Of a DNA stretch of 64,000 nucleotides, positions 60,851-64,000 are shown in pieces. The notes under the pieces were generated by a model. The model was not told the origin of the DNA, did not search any database, and saw nothing but the letters and a program-made list of their open reading frames with translations. Numbering within the stretch: position 1 is the stretch's first letter; each line of letters starts with the position of its first letter. The DNA lies in NCBI RefSeq assembly GCF_011386835.1, contig NC_088793.1, positions 197,594,001 through 197,658,000 of the forward strand, written 5' to 3'. The stretch comes from Chrysemys picta bellii (Eukaryota). Position numbers and translations under genes: made by a program.

Positions 60851-63800
60851 TGAGTCGTAGGGTATATCTATGCTTAAAATGCTACCATGGCAGAGCTACA
60901 GCACTGCAGCTGAGTCGTTGTAGCGCATCAGTGTAGAATCACCCATGTTGACGGGTGGAAAGGTTTATTTATCAGGTGCATATTTTTTTTCTTGAATTAA
61001 GATTTTATTAAAAGATTTAGTATAACTGAGGTAAGTGTATGTTTCACATTCTGTCCTGCAGCCCCCGATTCAAACCCATGCTTAGGCGGTTCATGTCCAA
61101 AACCAAAAGAAAGGATTTTTCACACCTCTGAGAGATGTAGCGATGCCAGTGTAAGTTCACAGTGTAAACCAGCCCCTAGTCTGGTGCTCTATGCACTAGG
61201 CAACACTACTGTGAAGAGAATATACAATGTGGCTGCTGGAGTGTGCATCGGGGTACCCTGAACATTGGGAATTTTCAACCCTGAGCAGATGGACCAAGAG
61301 CTCTGACAATATCACCTCTATTCTGACTGTCCCAGCTGTAAATAGCAGAGCCCTCAGTCTTAGGAATGATCAAAGGGCAGCTTCCCCCTTAGATTAGAGT
61401 ATCCAGCTACCGTGGTGCCCACCAACACCTGCACTAGTCAGGAGACCCATCTGGTGACCGTGAGGTAATTGTAAAACAGACGTTGATTGAGGAAGCTTTG
61501 CCTTCGGAATGCATACACTCATCTCATCCGCCAGATGCCAGCTCAGAATAGTCGCTGGAGAGGAATTGTAGAGAAGGAATTTACTTCAGACCAGGGGCTG
61601 TCACAGCATACCTTAACTGTCAAACGATGTCAGGAAACATCCTTTATCTGGAGCTTTGCTTGGAACACTGGACACCAGACCAATCCTCCATTATCTGCCG
61701 CTTTTTAGACCACTGGAGATCATACCCAAGCTGCAGGCATGTTACAGTGAGCTGTGATCTGCATATGGAATATAAGATAGGTAAGTTGCTCTCTGTGCTA
61801 TGGGTGGGTATGGAGAACCCCTCTTTGTCCTTGTCCTTGTCACAGGCACTAAAGGCAAGAACCGGGGACAACACCTGCAGAGAACTCTACGGAATATTTC
61901 CCTTCCGCTAAAGATTCAGTGAGTCACCAGACACATACGCCTTGGCCTTGTATAAGAGGAGGGTGCCAGCCTACTTTCATGGCTGAATTCAGTCAGAGGG
62001 CCTATTTCAGTGGGAGGTTCATGAGAAAGCAGGCTCCACTACCCAAATATTACACCGTTCCCCACCTCTACACATCCTAATTCCTCAACCCTAGGCCTGC
62101 ATATGTCAGAGCGCCAATTATGTCACTGGCATTGCTTGTAGCCGAGTTACCTGTGAGCATCCATCTCCTCAGACTGGCTTCCACATCTTGCTTTCCCAGC
62201 TACATCTGGTTGATCTGGCCTCCCGGGGGATGGGAGACTCACTTGCTGGAGAGACATGCACGCAAAGTTTTCCTGAGAAAGGAAGATATTGTCATGCCAC
62301 TACTGGAGCGAGTAGGAATAGCAGCTACTCCCAATACAGCGCCATGCTAAACACATACTATCCTCACCAAGCCACAGCAGATGATTTATTGAAACCCCCA
62401 GACTTACCCTACCTGCTTCCCAGGCAGGGCGACCCTACTGGAGATGAGGAGGCACTGGAGGCCACGCTTCGAGGACCCAGTGACACTGCACAGCTGCTGG
62501 CCCGGGGAATACAGATGATGCGAACCCTCTTGGCCAGTTGCCAAAGGTAGAGGGTCTGTTGGTGCGTTAAGGGGATTTTAAGATGATTCCAGCCAGTCTG
62601 TCGAAGGCACAGAAAAATCTGAATTGCACAGATTACATTAACCCATTCATTGCTGGCTGATACAAATGGGAGCAGTGTGACCAAGGAGGTGCAATGCATG
62701 GTCATTGGTGCCAGTGTCCCTAGGGATGCATGCAGAATCTGCATCAGCCTCTATGGATGCTGGCGGACACTTGCTGGATCAGATGTTTCAGCAAATGCAG
62801 CTGTCCCATTAGTCTCTCCTAAATACCGAAGCATTAGAAACAGGTATATGCATGAAGCCATGACACCTGAGCAAAGATCTCCAGTCCCCCGTCAACACTA
62901 CCATACACTGAGTCCAATACCAAACTGAGCCCTGGATGTGTGCACTCCCTGAGCCAGAGGTACCAAATGAGCTCACCTCTGATTCTGTGATGGGCGGGTC
63001 CCCACCCTTTCCAGTGACTTTCTGCTGTCAGACTCTCTTCTAGCCACATCAGCCAGCACTTCATCAGCTCTGCCAAGAGGAGGGTGCATCACTAGTGCTC
63101 GTCTGCCCCAGCACAGCTCCCCACTTGGCATAGGGTGCTGCAAGAGGGGGGGAATAGGATAATAGAGACAGATGCAGCCATCACCCCAGCCTTCTGCTCC
63201 CCTCTTCATGAACACATTGGAATCACAGAGTGAGATTAATAGGCTGCTCTTTGCATGAGCCATAGGTAGGCACCATCATGACATCACAGGAACAATTTGC
63301 ACCCACAGAAATTGCACGATTCAGTCCCTTGTGCACTGCTCACCTGGAAAACTGTGTGCACTTTGTCTGGCGCTGATTTGTCGCACCTGGATGCTGGCCG
63401 TGGTCCCCAGCTCCACCACCTCTGTCCTGGTCCTGCACCCTCCATCCCTCTCCTTAGCTAATTATCTTGCAGCACGAGCTGATTTGTGTCCACTCCCTCA
63501 GGCGAGGGCCTGACAACGATGTCTCCTGGTAACGATGTGGTGTGCACCCCAGGAATAATAACCTTTTGGGGGAGCCTATTGTGCCACCAAGCTGATGCAG
63601 ACATCAGGATCTGGAAGGTGAAACAGCAAGGACCCCTTCTTGACATGGCAGTAAGGAAAACTTCCAGGCTGAGTGAAAGGCAACAGACTGGCTGATGCTA
63701 GTGGTGTCCCCCATGGTCCCAGGTGAAAGGACTCAGTGCTAGCCTGCCCGAGTAGATGGCGACCCTGACAGGGTGCCTGCAGGTCATGCTTCAGCTCATC

Positions 63801-64000
63801 ACAACCTGCACGCCTCCAGGCTCCTACAGGATAAGCCCTAACACTGCATTACCTGCACCATGGGGCGGTCTTCCTTGGCTCACAGACCCTTCCTGCAGGG
63901 TGTGGACCCCTCCTGTGTGCGACTCTGAGGTAGGGCAAGTGGTGCCGGTCTCCTCCTCTGTTTCACTTGCCCTCTCATGGCTGAGTGTTGTGCTGAAGCC

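Noticed and set aside
30000-64000. Expected neighbour SPTLC3 (adjacent to ISM1 in human, as I recall)
   Set aside because: I looked for its C-terminal exon peptides on the minus strand and did not recognise any, so it is not called. It likely lies beyond the window.

Overview
This is vertebrate genomic DNA, almost certainly turtle, judged from its repeat families: tortoise-type tRNA/CR1 SINE, abundant GGC..GTCTACACT MITEs and Penelope-like elements. The only host gene I can support is ISM1 (isthmin-1) on the minus strand. Its first coding exon is 17747-17625 ([25 protein letters not shown]..., ending at a CAG|GTGAGT donor) inside a CpG island of about 2 kb. Bases 1-17624 are therefore ISM1 intron 1 (exon 2 was not found), and about 19.6-64 kb is upstream intergenic DNA. 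The rest is a dense transposon record: two Penelope-like retroelements, CR1, L2 and RTE LINE fragments, a pogo/Tigger transposase fossil, hAT and Harbinger elements and MITEs (several with exact TSDs), a solo LTR, and ancient LF-SINE and AmnSINE1-like relics. The most notable observations are: (i) short fold-back elements carrying hammerhead-ribozyme motifs (5608-5820 and a second copy at 34632-34862); (ii) a Penelope RT frame open for 425 codons, sense to ISM1, with an in-frame 30-bp micro-inversion upstream; (iii) two TATA boxes with an identical 11-nt context flanking ISM1 exon 1; (iv) a multi-layer nested insertion containing an inverted RTE element; (v) candidate ISM1 enhancers. No database search was run. 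Family names come from recognised motifs and remembered consensus sequences and need Dfam/Repbase confirmation.
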